Below are positions 61,608 to 64,000 of a stretch of DNA of 64,000 bases, piece after piece. The translations under genes were made by a program, and so were the position numbers. Within the stretch, counting starts at the first letter, position 1. The number at the start of each line of letters is the position of its first letter. Below the pieces are notes generated by a model, which saw only the letters and a list, made by a program, of their open reading frames with translations, was not told where the DNA came from and did no database searches. The DNA lies in IMG/VR virus record IMGVR_UViG_3300021400_000027, positions 64,001-128,000 of that record. The stretch is one strand, 5' to 3'. This DNA is from a virus (Duplodnaviria; Caudoviricetes).

Positions 61608-63077
61608 ATGAGTTTTGTAAATCAGTTCAAAAGAATGTCCGATATGACCACCACTGAAAATGGAGGTCTGGCTTATAAGTCTACCGGCTCTGACCTTTTA
61701 TCTCTGTTCGCTAATATTGGCGGTATGAGAGATAGAAATGATAGCGATATTATTTCTGCTTGGAAACTCGCAAGAAAGGAAGATAAGCTGTTAGCAGATA
61801 ACCTTATTCTCTATTCTCGTGATATTCGTAATGCCGGACTTGGTGAGCGTAGAATTGGCAGACTCTTATTAAAAGAGCTTGCTATGGTTGACCCTCGTAA
61901 GGTAGAGCGTAATCTCCAGAAGATTGTCGATGCCGGCAGATGGGACGACTTGTTCGTATTTGAGGGAACTCCTGCATGGGATGAAACCGTTCGCTTTATC
62001 CAGAATCAGTTCCGTACTGATGTCAATGGAATGAAGAAGAACGAACCTATTTCTCTGCTTGCAAAGTGGCTTCCTTCTATTAACGCTTCTTCTGAAAAGA
62101 CTAAGCGTCTGGCTCGTACTTTCTGCACCTTGTTCAGCTTAACTCCTCGTACTTATCGTAAGAGCCTCTCCGCTATGCGTAAGTACATTGATGTAGTTGA
62201 ACGTAAGATGTCAGCTGGTCAGTGGAATGAAATTAACTTTGAAACTGTTCCTTCTGTTGCAATGTCTCGTTATATTGCAACCTACAATAAGCGTTGTCAG
62301 GAACGCTTTGCCGAATACAAGGCTTCCCTTGAAAAGGGCGAAGCTAAGGTTAATGCGGCAACTCTCTTCCCTTATGACATTGCTTTAAAGTTCATAGGCA
62401 ATTGTAATGGCTATGGTTGTAGATATACTCATCTGGATGCAGTTGATGAAGCACAGTGGAAGGCTCTGCCTAACTATGTTTCTGACGAGTTCGATGTAGT
62501 TGTAATGGCAGACGTATCCGGCTCTATGTACTCTTCTGATAGTCGTCCTATGGCAACTTCTATTGGTCTGGCAACTTACTTTGCTCAACGCAACAAAGGT
62601 GCATATCACAATATGTATTTAAGTTTCACTGACCGTCCTCATTTCATTACCCTGCGTGACGAGATGTCGCTGGAAGATTGCTTAAAATACGTGTTAAAGG
62701 AGGGTGTTGGCTACAATACTGACCTTGACCTTGCTTTTGAAGCTATCTATAAAGTGGCAAGCACTGCCGGAGAAGCACCTAAAGCTCTTGTCATTATTAG
62801 TGATATGGAGATTGATTCTTTCTGCGGAGAGAATTATGAATCCATTGCTCAAAAATGGCAGAGAATTTACGCTAAAGCTGGATTAACTGCTCCTAAGTTA
62901 ATTTGGTGGAATGTAGATTCCAGAGAGGGTAGAGTTCTCGCTCGTCAGGACGAGAATGTAGGATTTGTATCAGGTTATGGTGTCGGTCCGTTCAAGAATC
63001 TTCAATCTCTGATTGAAAAAGACGCTTATACCGCAATGGTAGAAATCCTCTCTCAGGACGCTTTCACTTGGAATTAA
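61608..63077 (+). CDS. DUF2828 / TROVE(Ro60)-like protein with C-terminal vWA domain
   Basis: TENG..AY.ST, RDIR..GLGER, GRWDDL, SLLAKWLPS, MIDAS DVSGSM, ISDME.D, WNV; ATG 61608 behind AAGGAG. Confidence 0.88.
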   Translation: MSFVNQFKRMSDMTTTENGGLAYKSTGSDLLSLFANIGGMRDRNDSDIISAWKLARKEDKLLADNLILYSRDIRNAGLGERRIGRLLLKELAMVDPRKVERNLQKIVDAGRWDDLFVFEGTPAWDETVRFIQNQFRTDVNGMKKNEPISLLAKWLPSINASSEKTKRLARTFCTLFSLTPRTYRKSLSAMRKYIDVVERKMSAGQWNEINFETVPSVAMSRYIATYNKRCQERFAEYKASLEKGEAKVNAATLFPYDIALKFIGNCNGYGCRYTHLDAVDEAQWKALPNYVSDEFDVVVMADVSGSMYSSDSRPMATSIGLATYFAQRNKGAYHNMYLSFTDRPHFITLRDEMSLEDCLKYVLKEGVGYNTDLDLAFEAIYKVASTAGEAPKALVIISDMEIDSFCGENYESIAQKWQRIYAKAGLTAPKLIWWNVDSREGRVLARQDENVGFVSGYGVGPFKNLQSLIEKDAYTAMVEILSQDAFTWN

Positions 63078-63099
63078 GGCGGTTACGCCGCCTTGATTT

Positions 63100-63313
63100 T
63101 AGGCTCTATACAGCAAAATCAATAGAAATATACATCAAATTGATTTTAGTTAAATAATTGGCATTTACCTGTAGTTGTCAAAACCTTGTAACAGGTTAAG
63201 TTACCGCACACTTCTTTTGTGTAAATGAAGTCCCTCCCGTTCCAGTTTGGGATTGTATAACTGGTGATAGTGGAATAAATTTTCTACCGAAGTCTGAGAA
63301 CAGCAAGAGCCTA
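63100..63313 (+). ncRNA. CAGCAA-stem RNA copy 12 (~190-nt cargo with three small pseudoknots)
   Basis: TAGGCTCT-ATA-CAGCAA...AGAGCCTA. Confidence 0.68.
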
Positions 63314-63319
63314 GTCTTA

Positions 63320-63366
63320 ACGATTCTTCAGCAGAATTGTTTCAAGAATTGAAAAAAAAGAATCGT
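63320..63366 (+). ncRNA. CAGCAG-stem RNA copy 13 (short hairpin cargo)
   Basis: ACGATTCTT-CAGCAG...AAGAATCGT; terminator-like hairpin follows at 63369-63404. Confidence 0.65.
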
Positions 63367-63426
63367 GAGGGAGTTGAACAATTAAAAAAGTTCAATTCCC
63401 TTTTGTAATTTTTAAGGGGTGATACT

Positions 63427-63816
63427 GTGAGAATTAAGAGTAGGGTAAAGGATAAAAAAGAAATTGTAGTAAAAAAAGCGTGTGTTTTAGTATCTGATGA
63501 GAATTAGAATAATTTCTTTATTTTTGATACTGATGATACTAACATTAGATTTGGAACTGACTCGGCAGAAATTGTAATGTGGTTTAAGGATACACGTCCA
63601 TTTGATAGATATAATATTTCTGGGGCGAAGCCATATGATGTTAAAATTTTTTTAAGTAGGAATGATACTACTCCTATTATTACTTATAAACTTGAAGGAG
63701 GTTATTTCTCTTATCTTGGATTTTATAATCTTATAATAAAAGGGAAGATTACCTATTTTAAGAATTTAAAGATAAGTGGTGAGAAAAATGTATTGTTACG
63801 AAGTTCAAGGTTCTGA
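63427..63816 (+). CDS. Hypothetical protein (one TAG)
   Basis: GTG behind AAGGGGTG, in frame with track ORF 63577. Confidence 0.55.
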
Positions 63817-64000
63817 CAGTAGAGGGCGTTTTACAGAATCCAAAAAAATTTATTGTCCAGAACCAATTCCAAATGTCAAGGTCGGTGACATTATTATATC
63901 CAGCAAGGACGGCATGAAGAAGAGGTTTATTATAAAAGGAGAACCAATTTGTGTTGCGCCGCCTTGCAATGTTGATGATATTATTGACAACATCTATATT

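Noticed and set aside
55118-63366. CRISPR array reading of the AAGAC..CAGCAA repeats
   Set aside because: Spacing is irregular, inserts range from ~12 to 190 nt, each repeat pairs with a distal inverted partner, and no cas genes are present

Overview
This window comes from a large, AT-rich tailed phage, probably infecting a gut or rumen Clostridia host (Ruminococcus-like, inferred from dockerin motifs, Thr-rich exported proteins, GH113 and SigA-type promoters). The phage reads TAG as Gln (genetic code 15). Many short ORFs in the supplied track join into long genes once TAG is read through, and conserved Gln motifs (AWQNLP, GLAQW, WQYSS, GKQFEYP, EFDGxQH) are encoded by TAG. An amber-suppressor tRNA(CUA) with a Gln-type acceptor lies at 55883. 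Layout: 1-14.6 kb is a minus-strand replication and nucleotide block (GyrA/GyrB-like, NrdG, NrdD, ligase, RNase H, exonuclease) that also holds a separately transcribed ~560-nt structured RNA. 14.8-31 kb and 38.5-45.7 kb are TAG-rich virion and lysis genes. 31-38 kb and 46-55 kb are accessory genes, with a candidate iteron origin at ~52.8 kb. 55-63.4 kb is a cluster of 23 conventional tRNAs. The main discovery is interleaved in that cluster: at least 13 small RNAs that share a closing stem (AAGAC.../...GTCTT) followed by an unpaired CAGCA(A/G) but enclose different cargo. The cargo includes four circularly permuted tRNAs, isolated anticodon or T loops, and pseudoknot chains. The copies flank a DUF2828-vWA (TROVE/Ro60-like) gene, suggesting an undescribed Ro/Y-RNA-like system. 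Also found: a minimal HDV-like ribozyme and strong over-representation of GCCGGC. All calls are by manual reading; no searches or folding programs were run.
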